NCBI GenBank assembly: GCA_964483025.1
Contig: CAYZZT010000001.1
Coordinates: 1-47,887, forward strand
Source: an uncultured Candidatus Saccharibacteria bacterium
Lineage (GTDB): Bacteria; Patescibacteriota; Minisyncoccia; Phycocordibacterales; CAIZIN01
DNA: 47,887 nt
Direction: 5' to 3'
The position numbers were made by a program, and so were the translations under genes. The notes beneath the pieces are model-generated. The model searched no databases, was not told where the DNA came from, and saw nothing but the letters and a program-made list of their open reading frames with translations. Below, piece after piece: positions 24,597 to 33,489 of the stretch; position 1 is the first letter of the stretch; the number at the start of each line of letters is the position of its first letter.

Positions 24597-25865
24597 TTAC
24601 GTGATTTCTTCGTCTGTTTGGATTTCTGTATTTGGTTCTGGGTTTTGCTCCACTTCACCTTCTATTACTTCATCCTCAATTGGTGCCTCCTCTTCATTTG
24701 AAAGATTTTCTTCCATAACAGCCACTTCCTCGTCGATACTTTTACCATCTGATTCAACCAGTTCCTCTCCTTTTACAGATTTGATATCAATTTTCCAGCC
24801 AGTAAGCTTTGCAGCTAGACGTACATTTTGTCCTCCTTTACCAATAGCTAAAGACTGTTGATCTTCAGAAACAATCACTGTTGCTTTGTGTTCTGCTTCA
24901 TCTAGCTCAACATTTATAACTTTTGCTGGTGAAAGTGAGTCTTCAATAAACTGTGATGGTTCTTCAGACCATTCAATAATATCAATTTTTTCTCCGGCAA
25001 GCTCACTCATCACTGTCGAAACTCGCACTCCCCGCTGACCCACTAAAGAGCCAACTGGATCAATGTGTGAATCATTTGAAAATGTTGCGACTTTTGAACG
25101 TGAACCGGCTTCTCTTGCAACAGCTTTGATTTCTACTGTACCCGCATTGATCTCTGGCACTTCAGTTGCAAAAAGACCCTCAAGAAACTTTGGATGTGAA
25201 CGAGAAACTTTTAGAAATACACCTTTTGTTGCATCGTCAACTCGGAAAAGATATGCACGAACCCTTTCTCCTTGGCGATATCTCTCTCCGGGAATTTGTT
25301 CTTCATATGGAAGCACAGCAACAGCTCGCCCCATATCTAAATAAATATTTCCTTTTTCAACTCTTTGGACTGTTCCTGAAATAATTTCACCTTCTCTTTC
25401 TCCGTATTCTGAAACGACACTTTCTTTTTCTGCCTCACGAATTTTTTGGATGATAACTTGTTTTGCTGTTTGTGCGGCAATACGCCCAAAGTCAGATTTT
25501 GTCTCAAGAGGGAAGACAACTTCTTCGTCCACAAGAGCTCCTTTTTTAATAAATTTAGCATCTTCTGTTGTGATGTGATGTTCGCTATTGAACCTTATTC
25601 TGTCGTCATCATCGGCGAGCAATTCCTCATCTTCTTCAGGCATAATTACTCTTGATTTATCGACTACGATTTTTACTTGGTAGAAATCGGTTTTTCCTGT
25701 TTCTGGTTCAAATGAACATCGAATAATCTGGCCTTTTTTACCAAATTCTTTTTTATACGCTGTTGCTAGCGCCGCTTCTATTGCCTCTATTATTTTTTCG
25801 CGTGAAATGCCTCGCTCTTCTTCAAGCTGAGCAAATACTGCGCTGATTGCTTTTAGGTCAAACAT
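24597..25865 (-). CDS. nusA: transcription termination/antitermination factor NusA
   Basis: N-terminal domain, S1 domain, KH1 (VGQRGVRV) and KH2 (AIGKGGQNVRLA), acidic C-terminal tail. Confidence 0.9.
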   Translation of the reverse strand: MFDLKAISAVFAQLEEERGISREKIIEAIEAALATAYKKEFGKKGQIIRCSFEPETGKTDFYQVKIVVDKSRVIMPEEDEELLADDDDRIRFNSEHHITTEDAKFIKKGALVDEEVVFPLETKSDFGRIAAQTAKQVIIQKIREAEKESVVSEYGEREGEIISGTVQRVEKGNIYLDMGRAVAVLPYEEQIPGERYRQGERVRAYLFRVDDATKGVFLKVSRSHPKFLEGLFATEVPEINAGTVEIKAVAREAGSRSKVATFSNDSHIDPVGSLVGQRGVRVSTVMSELAGEKIDIIEWSEEPSQFIEDSLSPAKVINVELDEAEHKATVIVSEDQQSLAIGKGGQNVRLAAKLTGWKIDIKSVKGEELVESDGKSIDEEVAVMEENLSNEEEAPIEDEVIEGEVEQNPEPNTEIQTDEEIT

Positions 25866-25905
25866 GATATATTTTTAAGGAATGGAATGACTATAAAAAT
25901 AATCA

Positions 25906-25938
25906 CCCCGCCCTTCTTTATGTATTTAAGGGCGTGGG
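25906..25938. repeat. GC-clamp hairpin CCCCGCCC-N16-GGGCGKGG (single copy)
   Basis: ccccgcccttctttatgtatttaagggcgtggg. Near-identical hairpin at 37801-37832. Its reverse complement is the unit of the tandem repeat at 26047-26200. Confidence 0.7.
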
Positions 25939-26046
25939 TTGTTTGTAATAAACTTCAATCGCCCTAATTACTACTCTATTAAATTGTACAAACTACTTTT
26001 TACAAACCTTCGATATTCGCCCACCACCCCCTAAATTTATTGGAAA

Positions 26047-26200
26047 GTGCGGGGCACCCGCGCCCATAAATTCAAACAGATGGGCGGGGTTACCCGCGCC
26101 CTTAAATACTTAAAGAAGGGCGGGGTTACCCGCGCCCTTAAATACTTAAAGAAGGGCGGGGTTACCCGCGCCCTTAAATACTTAAAGAAGGGCGGGGTTA
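26047..26200. repeat. 36-bp tandem repeat: one degenerate unit, three exact units, one partial unit
   Basis: Units gggcggggttacccgcgcccttaaatacttaaagaa at 26082, 26118 and 26154. Partial unit 26190-26200. Degenerate unit 26047-26081. Confidence 0.9.
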
Positions 26201-26503
26201 AGGAAAATATAGTCACGATTACGTTTCTTATTTTCCTTAAAAAACGAATTCCGTTCTTTCGGAACGGAATTACTTCATGTGTCAATAATACCACGGTTTA
26301 AATTTAGGGGCAAGTAGGATGGCGTACCATCCTCGCAGACCAGCACAGACTAAACGCAGACTACGCAGACCAAAATACTAAATCATAAAAAAGACTCTAC
26401 TCTGTCCTTTTTCGGTGTAGGGGATGCAAAAGAGTTTGCATTTAAATATTGAAGTGGTGGTCTGATATTAGATTTCAGTTCTAGATATTGAAGAAAGGTA
26501 AAT

Positions 26504-26854
26504 ATGTCAAAAAAACAAAATATTCAAGAGAGAAGACAGCGTGTTCTGACCCATATTCGTTTTGGAAATGAACCAGACTTTGTTTCACTTGTCGAAAGTA
26601 CAGATCTTTCACGAAATGAGATTGCGGGGCACCTCGCTATACTTATAAGAAAAGGTAGAATTTTTCGAAATGAACAAGGTGGATACTTTATAAAGGAGAA
26701 TTTCAATTCTCCAAGAATTATGCGTTCACTTAATCTGTTTTTGCATGGATGCGAGAGCCCAACTCACATCTTTGGAATCGGATACGTCGATCCACATTCA
26801 AGAGCCTCCTTCATCCATAATTTTTGTCTTCTTGTACACCTTGCATTAGTCTAA
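26504..26854 (+). CDS. putative winged-helix DNA-binding protein, 116 aa
   Basis: N-terminal region (LSRNEIAGHLAILIRKGRIFRNEQGGYFI) resembles a wHTH recognition helix plus wing. The C-terminal part is unconvincing. Stop lies in terminator hairpin 26838-26873. Confidence 0.4.
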   Translation: MSKKQNIQERRQRVLTHIRFGNEPDFVSLVESTDLSRNEIAGHLAILIRKGRIFRNEQGGYFIKENFNSPRIMRSLNLFLHGCESPTHIFGIGYVDPHSRASFIHNFCLLVHLALV

Positions 26855-26873
26855 CGATGCGAGGTGTTTTTTT

Positions 26874-26928
26874 ATATCTCAAACCAATTGATTCGATACA
26901 TCGAATGTTTCGTTTAAACGAAAGATTT
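26874..26928 (+). repeat. 55-bp direct repeat, copy 1 (double-hairpin module upstream of a TGnTATAAT box)
   Basis: tatatctcaaaccaattgattcgatacatcgaatgtttcgtttaaacgaaagattt. Second copy 27868-27923. A related module lies near 43908-44027. Confidence 0.75.
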
Positions 26929-26967
26929 TTGTAAGACAAATTGTTGGTTTTGTGATATAATGTAGGT

Positions 26968-27240
26968 ATGAATGAGATGCCTCAAAGTGTAAAAAGCTGT
27001 CTGTGGTCTTACGATACGGACAAATTAAACCTCAAAACAAATAAAAGGATTATTATTTTTAATGTCTTAAATTTTGGCAATGCAGAGGCATACAATTGGC
27101 TTTCTGATACATATAAAAAAGAGGAAATATTGGATATAGCAGTCTCAACTCCTGAGACAGAATGGTCTAAAAAGTCTTTAAATTATTGGAGTAATATTTT
27201 GGGTTTTGATGTGGTTAAGAAAACTCGTATAACAATATAA
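26968..27240 (+). CDS. small protein preceding the AbiEii-like gene (putative antitoxin partner)
   Basis: LWSYDTDKLNL...IIFNVLNFGN..AYNWL pattern, which I recall as commonly encoded next to AbiEii-type nucleotidyltransferases. 4-nt gap to the next gene. TGaTATAAT 6 nt before the ATG. Confidence 0.5.
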   Translation: MNEMPQSVKSCLWSYDTDKLNLKTNKRIIIFNVLNFGNAEAYNWLSDTYKKEEILDIAVSTPETEWSKKSLNYWSNILGFDVVKKTRITI

Positions 27241-27242
27241 TT

Positions 27243-27860
27243 ATGCACTGGGATATTTTGGATGAAAAAAGAAAAGAAATTCTCCCGTATTTTTCTGAAT
27301 TAAAGGAATATGGTTTTTATCTTGCTGGCGGTACAGCTTTGGCGTTAATTATTGGCCACAGAGACAGTATTGATTTTGATTTTTTTACTGAAAAAGAATT
27401 TGATACTGAAAAACTTTTTGACGATTTAGTTTCTGTTTTTTCTCCACATCAAATCACGAGAACTCAAGTCGAGAAAAACACATTGTCTATTCTAGTAGAT
27501 GAACATATTAAAATAAGTTTTTTTACGTATAAATACTCTTTGTTGGAGGAGACTACCAAGACAGAATATTTTGATATTGCTTCACTTTCTGATATTGCCT
27601 GTATGAAGATAAATGCAGTGGTAAATAGGGCTACATTGAAGGATTATATTGATTTGTATTTTATTCTTAAACAAAAAACTTTGTCAGAAATTATGGAGAG
27701 TTTAAAGATAAAAATGCCAGAACTAGATAATTTACTTGCATTAAAATCCATTATTTATTTTGGGGATATTGATGCAAATGAGCCAATTATTTTCAAAACA
27801 GAGAAGGTCTCTCTTGAAGAAATTAAAAGTTGCTTAATTAAAGAGGTGAAAAAACTATAG
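27243..27860 (+). CDS. nucleotidyltransferase AbiEii/AbiGii-type toxin family protein
   Basis: GFYLAGGTALALIIGHRDSIDFDFF motif characteristic of the DUF1814/AbiEii family. 205 aa. Confidence 0.65.
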   Translation: MHWDILDEKRKEILPYFSELKEYGFYLAGGTALALIIGHRDSIDFDFFTEKEFDTEKLFDDLVSVFSPHQITRTQVEKNTLSILVDEHIKISFFTYKYSLLEETTKTEYFDIASLSDIACMKINAVVNRATLKDYIDLYFILKQKTLSEIMESLKIKMPELDNLLALKSIIYFGDIDANEPIIFKTEKVSLEEIKSCLIKEVKKL

Positions 27861-27867
27861 ATTTTCT

Positions 27868-27923
27868 TATATCTAAAACTGAATGATTCGATACATCGAA
27901 TGTTTCGTTTAAACGAAAGGTTT
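27868..27923 (+). repeat. 55-bp direct repeat, copy 2
   Basis: See 26874-26928. Followed by a second gtgatataat box at about 27971-27980 that has no ATG after it. Confidence 0.75.
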
Positions 27924-28018
27924 GTTTTTTATTTAAATAGTAGAACAATTTTCTTTCTTCGTGATATAATATAAGTAATAAAATTTATAAAGCTATTTTA
28001 AATTTTAAACCTGGATCC

Positions 28019-28178
28019 CCGCATTCGCGAGGATGACATAAAACATAATCGTGGGTACACTCGTTGTTTTGTGTCATTTTTAAATTTTACATTTTTAACA
28101 ATATAACCTGGATCCCCGGAGTACCGAGGACGGAAAAAAATGTAATCGCTTCGCTTCTTATTTTTTAACCGATTTGAA
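28019..28178. repeat. MITE-like repeat cluster upstream of pilB
   Basis: Two cctggatcccc...gaggaYg modules, each followed by a hairpin tail (gacataaaac...gttttgtgtc). Confidence 0.7.
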
Positions 28179-28180
28179 AC

Positions 28181-29917
28181 ATGTACATCGAAGAATCACA
28201 ACTTAGAGAATTTATAACCGATGCGGGACTTGTCACGCAAAAGGATTTTGATGTTGCGGAAGAAATTGCAAAAAAGAAAAATGAAAGTGTTGGTAATACT
28301 TTAGTTTCAGAGGGGAAAATCACAGAAGATGATTTGCGGAGAATGCAGGCATATTTGCTCGGTATACCATTTGTGGATTTGATTGATCAAAAAATTGGAA
28401 TTGAAATTCTATCTTTAATTCCAGAGCCAATTGCCCGGGCACACAATGTTGTTGCTTTTAAAAAAGGTAATGATTTTCTTGAGGTAGCCATGCTTGATAC
28501 CGACGACCTTTCGTCTATTGATTTTATTAAAAAGAAAACAGGTTTAAAAATTCTTACTCGACTTACAAACTCGGATTCTATTAAGGCTGTTTTACTTCAG
28601 TATCAGAAAAGTTTGAAGGATGATTTTGGTGATTTAATTAAAAAAGAATCCTCATCTTTAATACAAGGAGGCGAGTCTGAGGATGAATTAAAAAAGATAG
28701 CTCTCGATTTACCTGTGGTGCGTATTGTGGATACTCTTTTGAAGCATGCAATTTTGCAGGGGGCGTCTGATATTCATATTGAGCCGGGAGAAAATGAAGT
28801 AGTACTTAGATATCGTATTGATGGAATGCTTAGAGATGCAATGATTCTCCCAAGACAAGCTGGGCTTTCTATAACAGCTCGTATTAAAGTTCTTTCTAAT
28901 TTGAAGCTTGATGAAAAGCGCTTGCCTCAGGATGGACGTTTTAAAATTGAATTAGATAAGGAACAGGTTTCTTTCCGTGTTTCTATTTTGCCTACATATT
29001 ATGGAGAAAAGACCGTTATGCGTATTTTGCGTGAAGATGCAGCTGGCTTCTCTTTAGAGGGGCTTGGTTTTCATGGTGTGGGGCTTGAGCGATTACATGA
29101 AGCTACAAAACTTTCAACTGGAATGATACTCACAACTGGTCCAACTGGAAGTGGAAAAACTACAACACTATATACTGTTCTTGATTTACTAAATCAGCCA
29201 GATGTAAATATTTCTACTATTGAGGACCCGATTGAATATCAAATGAAGCGTATTAATCAGACACAAGTGAAATCAGAAATTGGTCTTACTTTTGCAAACG
29301 GTTTGCGTTCTTTGGTGCGACAAGATCCAGATATTATTATGGTGGGAGAAATTCGTGATAATGAAACGGCATCTCTGGCTATTAACGCTGCTTTAACTGG
29401 GCACCTTGTGCTTTCAACTTTACATACTAATTCCGCAGCGGGAGCAATGCCTAGACTTATTGATATGAAGATAGAGCCATTTCTTTTGGTTTCGACACTT
29501 TCTGTTGTGGTGGCGCAAAGGCTCGTGCGCAGGCTCACAAAAGCAAAAGAAAAATATTTTATGACAAAGGTAGGGCTTGACGCTTTGAGAAAAACAGTAG
29601 ATTTAGATAGGGTTCTTGAGCATTTGGTAAAGGAAAAAATTGTGGCACCGGATGTAACATGGGATAAGGTGCCTTTTTATAGACCAAAAAAATCTGATGA
29701 ATCGGAGGATGGGTATAAGAGCCGTATTGGAATTCATGAAGTGATGAAAATGTCTTCTGCTATAAAAGAGATGATTATTAAAGGGGAGACTGCCGATAAA
29801 CTTGAGGAGCAGGGGAAAAAGGAGGGGATGCTTACGATGTTAGAAGATGGAATTTTTAATTGTGTTTTGGGGGAGACTACATTAGAGGAGGTGCTCAGAG
29901 TTGTTTCGGTAGAATAG
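28181..29917 (+). CDS. pilB: type IV pilus assembly ATPase PilB (GspE family)
   Basis: GspE N-terminal domain, Walker A GPTGSGKTT, Asp box, Walker B IIMVGEIRD, His box LVLSTLHTN. Confidence 0.9.
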   Translation: MYIEESQLREFITDAGLVTQKDFDVAEEIAKKKNESVGNTLVSEGKITEDDLRRMQAYLLGIPFVDLIDQKIGIEILSLIPEPIARAHNVVAFKKGNDFLEVAMLDTDDLSSIDFIKKKTGLKILTRLTNSDSIKAVLLQYQKSLKDDFGDLIKKESSSLIQGGESEDELKKIALDLPVVRIVDTLLKHAILQGASDIHIEPGENEVVLRYRIDGMLRDAMILPRQAGLSITARIKVLSNLKLDEKRLPQDGRFKIELDKEQVSFRVSILPTYYGEKTVMRILREDAAGFSLEGLGFHGVGLERLHEATKLSTGMILTTGPTGSGKTTTLYTVLDLLNQPDVNISTIEDPIEYQMKRINQTQVKSEIGLTFANGLRSLVRQDPDIIMVGEIRDNETASLAINAALTGHLVLSTLHTNSAAGAMPRLIDMKIEPFLLVSTLSVVVAQRLVRRLTKAKEKYFMTKVGLDALRKTVDLDRVLEHLVKEKIVAPDVTWDKVPFYRPKKSDESEDGYKSRIGIHEVMKMSSAIKEMIIKGETADKLEEQGKKEGMLTMLEDGIFNCVLGETTLEEVLRVVSVE

Positions 29918-29937
29918 GTTTGATTACAAACCTATTC

Positions 29938-30150
29938 TCGCAGACTAACGCTGACTAGACGCAGAACGACGCAGACTTGAATTCAGAATCCGTATTGTCA
30001 TCCTTGCGAATGCGAGGATCCATGTTCGTATTTAATTTGAATTTTTTACAAAATCTTTATCGGTGAAAGTTTTGTGTCGCACGGATATTTTTCTGCTGAA
30101 AAATTCCTCGAGCTCGCGCCGTCGCGCTCGCTAGGCTCCCCAAAACTTCC
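29938..30150. repeat. MITE-like repeat cluster
   Basis: cgcagac-type short repeats, tgtcatccttgcgaatgcgaggatccatg hairpin, ttttctgctgaaaaatt module. Confidence 0.7.
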
Positions 30151-30293
30151 ACACTCAACGATTTTGTAAACCATTCGTGCATTTTGATTTATTTAGAAGT
30201 ATCCCCCCAAACACTTTTTTGGTTGGTGTGTGAGGGGCTCAGAGTAGTGTCTGTGAAATAGAAATAAACATACATACATGATACAATTTCTTT

Positions 30294-30644
30294 ATGAAAA
30301 GAATAATGATTTATTTTATTGGACCATTTTTATATCTATTGTTTTCTATGTTTACCCTTGTTTCTCAAGTAAAACATATTGGATTTGATGGAGTCTATAA
30401 TTGTGCTATGTTTGGAAATTTAGAATGTTCTTGGTTTGATTATATATTTAGGAGTTGGATAACCACATCTTTAATATTGGGTGTGTTGTTTTGGTTTATT
30501 GTTTCATACTTGGTTGCTAAATTTGTTTTTTATTTAATAAATTTATATAAATCAAAAAAAATTAAAAAATTTTACATTTATATATCAATTCTAGTTATAT
30601 TTATTATTATAATATTTTCTTTATATAATCGAGGAGGGCTATAG
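30294..30644 (+). CDS. integral membrane protein, 116 aa
   Basis: Three hydrophobic segments, very AT-rich. TGaTACAAT 6 nt upstream of the ATG. Confidence 0.5.
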   Translation: MKRIMIYFIGPFLYLLFSMFTLVSQVKHIGFDGVYNCAMFGNLECSWFDYIFRSWITTSLILGVLFWFIVSYLVAKFVFYLINLYKSKKIKKFYIYISILVIFIIIIFSLYNRGGL

Positions 30645-30725
30645 TCCACAAGTACACGAAATATAAGCAAATTTAACTGTCAAAATTTGCTTTTGTTGTG
30701 TCGAAATCTGTGGTATACTATATAT

Positions 30726-30968
30726 ATGAAAAAGATTCATTTGCTAAAAAATAAGCAACTTCCAGTTTTTGTCGAAAAAGACGAAGACGGTATTTATGTT
30801 GTTGAATGTCCTCTTTTTAAGGGCTGTTATTCTCAAGGCAAGACAGTGGATGAAGCTATAAAAAATATAAAAGAAGTTGTGGAACTTTGTTTAGAAGAAA
30901 AAGACAATAGGGATACAATGAAATTTTATTCTCCTAGGGAAATTAGTTTACATACGATAACCGTATAA
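30726..30968 (+). CDS. hicB: HicB family antitoxin
   Basis: YVVECPLFKGCYSQGKTVDEAIKNIKEVVELCLEE matches the HicB N-terminal fold signature. TGgTATACT 6 nt before the ATG. Confidence 0.75.
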   Translation: MKKIHLLKNKQLPVFVEKDEDGIYVVECPLFKGCYSQGKTVDEAIKNIKEVVELCLEEKDNRDTMKFYSPREISLHTITV

Positions 30969-30971
30969 TCA

Positions 30972-31190
30972 ATGCCAAAGATTCCATCTGTTTCTTTTAA
31001 AAAAGTTATAGGTGCTTTAGAAAAATGTGGGTATGTGATTTCCCGACAAAGGGGAAGTCATATTAGAATGTGTCACAATTCAGAATGTCCAGTTACTATT
31101 CCAGCCCATAACCCAGTGGCTCGTGGAACTTTGAGGAAAATTTTAAGGGATTCAAAGTTGTCGGTGGAAGAATTTATTGAATTACTTTAA
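30972..31190 (+). CDS. hicA: HicA family mRNA interferase toxin
   Basis: KKVIGALEKCGYVISRQRGSHIRM...IPAHNP...GTLRKILRD matches the HicA/YcfA pattern. Confidence 0.8.
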   Translation: MPKIPSVSFKKVIGALEKCGYVISRQRGSHIRMCHNSECPVTIPAHNPVARGTLRKILRDSKLSVEEFIELL

Positions 31191-31332
31191 TTTTGCACTT
31201 GTTTTGAAAAATTTAGAAATTATTTATCCCAGATGATGCAATAAACTGGGACTTGAAAATTATAAATTAAAAATTATAAAAAAATAGTCCTCCTATTTCA
31301 TAAATAGTCTATTTTTTGATATAATATGAGTA

Positions 31333-32541
31333 ATGAAATTCTTTTATACATCAGTCGCACCAGATGGAGAGCGTAAAAGTGGAACGCGTGAAGCTTCCGA
31401 CAAATTTCAGCTTGCAAATGATTTAAAAGCTGAAGGGGAAATAGTGCTTTCTGTAAAAAAAGCAAAAAAGGCTGAATTTTTTTCTTTAAATTTTTCTTTT
31501 TTTAATCGTGTAAAAACTCATGAGAAGATCATTTTTGCTAGAAATCTAGCTTCAATGCTTGAAGCGGGGCTTGCTATTTCTCGCGCTCTTTCTGTTATTG
31601 AAAGGCAAACAAAAAATGTTGGATTGAAAAATATTGTTGTATCAATAAATGATGATATAAAAAAAGGAAAATCTTTATCAGCAGGAATGAAAATGTTTCC
31701 TAAGATATTTCCACCAATGTTTGTTTCGATGGTTCTCTCGGGGGAAGAATCTGGAAAACTTTCTGAGGCCCTAAATGTTGTTGCTTCACAAATGGAAAAG
31801 ATGTATTTACTTCAGAAGAAATTGAAGGGAGCGTTGATATATCCTGCTGTTATTATTTTTGCAATGATTGGTATTGCTATTTTTATGTTAATTTATATTG
31901 TTCCAACGCTTGCAAAAACATTTAAAGAAATTGGGACCGAACTTCCTGCGAGTACACGATTTATAATATGGATTAGTGATACCTTTCAGGCACATATGAT
32001 TTTGGTATTGACTTCAATTATTTCTATCGTGGTTTTATTGGTTTTGGCTGGTCGCACAAAGATGGGAAAAAGAATGTTTGATTATTCTTTTCTCCACGTT
32101 CCACTAATCTCAGGGCTTGTAAAAGAATCTAATTCAGCTAAAACTACACGAACTCTTTCCTCCCTCCTTACTTCGGGTGTTTCTGTTGTGGAGGCATTAA
32201 GCATAACAAAAGATGTTTTACAAAATTCATATTATAAAGAAGTGATTGAGAAAGCAAAACATAATGTAGAAATTGGAGCACCGATGTCAGAAGTTTTTGC
32301 TGGATATGAAAATTTATATCCTGTTTTTGTGGGTGAAATGATTGCTGTTGGAGAGGAAACGGGTGATTTGGGAGGGACCCTTTTGCGGGTAGCTGTTTTT
32401 TATGAAGAAGAAGTAGAACAAAAAACAAAAGATATGTCCACAATTATTGAGCCATTTTTAATGCTTTTTGTGGGAGTGGCTGTTGGTTTTTTTGCAATTT
32501 CAATGATCTCACCTATTTATTCAATTGTTGATAAGATTTAA
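31333..32541 (+). CDS. pilC: type IV pilus platform protein PilC (GspF family)
   Basis: Two T2SS-F domains, three TM segments, 402 aa. TGaTATAAT 7 nt before the ATG. Confidence 0.9.
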   Translation: MKFFYTSVAPDGERKSGTREASDKFQLANDLKAEGEIVLSVKKAKKAEFFSLNFSFFNRVKTHEKIIFARNLASMLEAGLAISRALSVIERQTKNVGLKNIVVSINDDIKKGKSLSAGMKMFPKIFPPMFVSMVLSGEESGKLSEALNVVASQMEKMYLLQKKLKGALIYPAVIIFAMIGIAIFMLIYIVPTLAKTFKEIGTELPASTRFIIWISDTFQAHMILVLTSIISIVVLLVLAGRTKMGKRMFDYSFLHVPLISGLVKESNSAKTTRTLSSLLTSGVSVVEALSITKDVLQNSYYKEVIEKAKHNVEIGAPMSEVFAGYENLYPVFVGEMIAVGEETGDLGGTLLRVAVFYEEEVEQKTKDMSTIIEPFLMLFVGVAVGFFAISMISPIYSIVDKI

Positions 32542-32544
32542 CTC

Positions 32545-33480
32545 TTACCAATCTTGAAGAGGAGACATTTGACTGCTCGTGTTCACATCCACACCTGTAT
32601 TTTTGTATGGGGCAGGATTTTGTTGGTAGATGATAGATGGCTCTGGATTCACTATTTTTGGTCTAAGACTAACTTTGGTCTCAGTGGTAGTGCTTATTGT
32701 ATTATCATTATTTTGTAAAGTATTTGAGGTAGTAGAGGTATTATTTATTGCATTTTCTAAATTAATTATAGTGTTTTCTGTATTCCTAATTACTTCTATC
32801 TGTTTAGTGATTTCATTTGAGTTACTATCCGAGTTATTTTTAATTGATTCTTTTATGGCTGTTTCAGCAATATTTATGGTAGTAATGACTTGTTTTATTT
32901 CAAAGACACTACCAGTAATAACATTTCTGTATGAATTTATTTGTTCGTTTGAAAGGCCAGAATCATTTGAGGAAAGCTCAAAAACAATACTTTGTATTTG
33001 TTCTACATAAGACTCAATATATAAGACAGCTGTTTTGATCTGATTAATCAAGACTTGGTCTGTTTCCAGAGAGTGTTTATTATTCTCCTCCCAAGTTAAT
33101 AATAATTTGTTAATTTTTAAACGTTGAGCGTTTATTTTATCTTCTATTTTTCTATTTTTTGTTTTAATTTGGATTTGTGGGTTAAGAGAGTCTGCATCTT
33201 TGAAAAAAATATTTGTCTTATCTACCAAACTTTTAATTTTTAAATATTGTTCTAGTGATACCTGCATTGCGTATGATTTACTTCGTAGTTCATCTAGTTG
33301 TTTTTTCTCCAAATCTATTTTTTGTTTAGCTATTTCTAAGTCAGCTAAATTTTTATTTGCTACCATATTATTAGAAACCATTTTTTTTACTTCCTTAAAT
33401 AAATAGAAACATGCAAATATAACAAAAATAGATAAAACTATTGTAATTAAAATATAAATGTTTTTTTTAGTTTTATTCAT
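32545..33480 (-). CDS. membrane-anchored coiled-coil protein, 311 aa (last gene of the pseudopilin operon)
   Basis: N-terminal TM helix and an N/I/K-rich coiled-coil body. No family recognised. Confidence 0.5.
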   Translation of the reverse strand: MNKTKKNIYILITIVLSIFVIFACFYLFKEVKKMVSNNMVANKNLADLEIAKQKIDLEKKQLDELRSKSYAMQVSLEQYLKIKSLVDKTNIFFKDADSLNPQIQIKTKNRKIEDKINAQRLKINKLLLTWEENNKHSLETDQVLINQIKTAVLYIESYVEQIQSIVFELSSNDSGLSNEQINSYRNVITGSVFEIKQVITTINIAETAIKESIKNNSDSNSNEITKQIEVIRNTENTIINLENAINNTSTTSNTLQNNDNTISTTTETKVSLRPKIVNPEPSIIYQQNPAPYKNTGVDVNTSSQMSPLQDW

Positions 33481-33489
33481 TTGTTTTTC

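Noticed and set aside
26047-26200. Possible CRISPR array (repeated 36-nt GC-rich palindromic units); ORFs 26037-26294(-) and 26047-26301(+) read through it
   Set aside because: Units are directly adjacent with no spacers, so this is a pure tandem repeat. The two ORFs merely translate the repeat (GGVTRALKYLKK x3) and have no start context. No cas genes adjacent.
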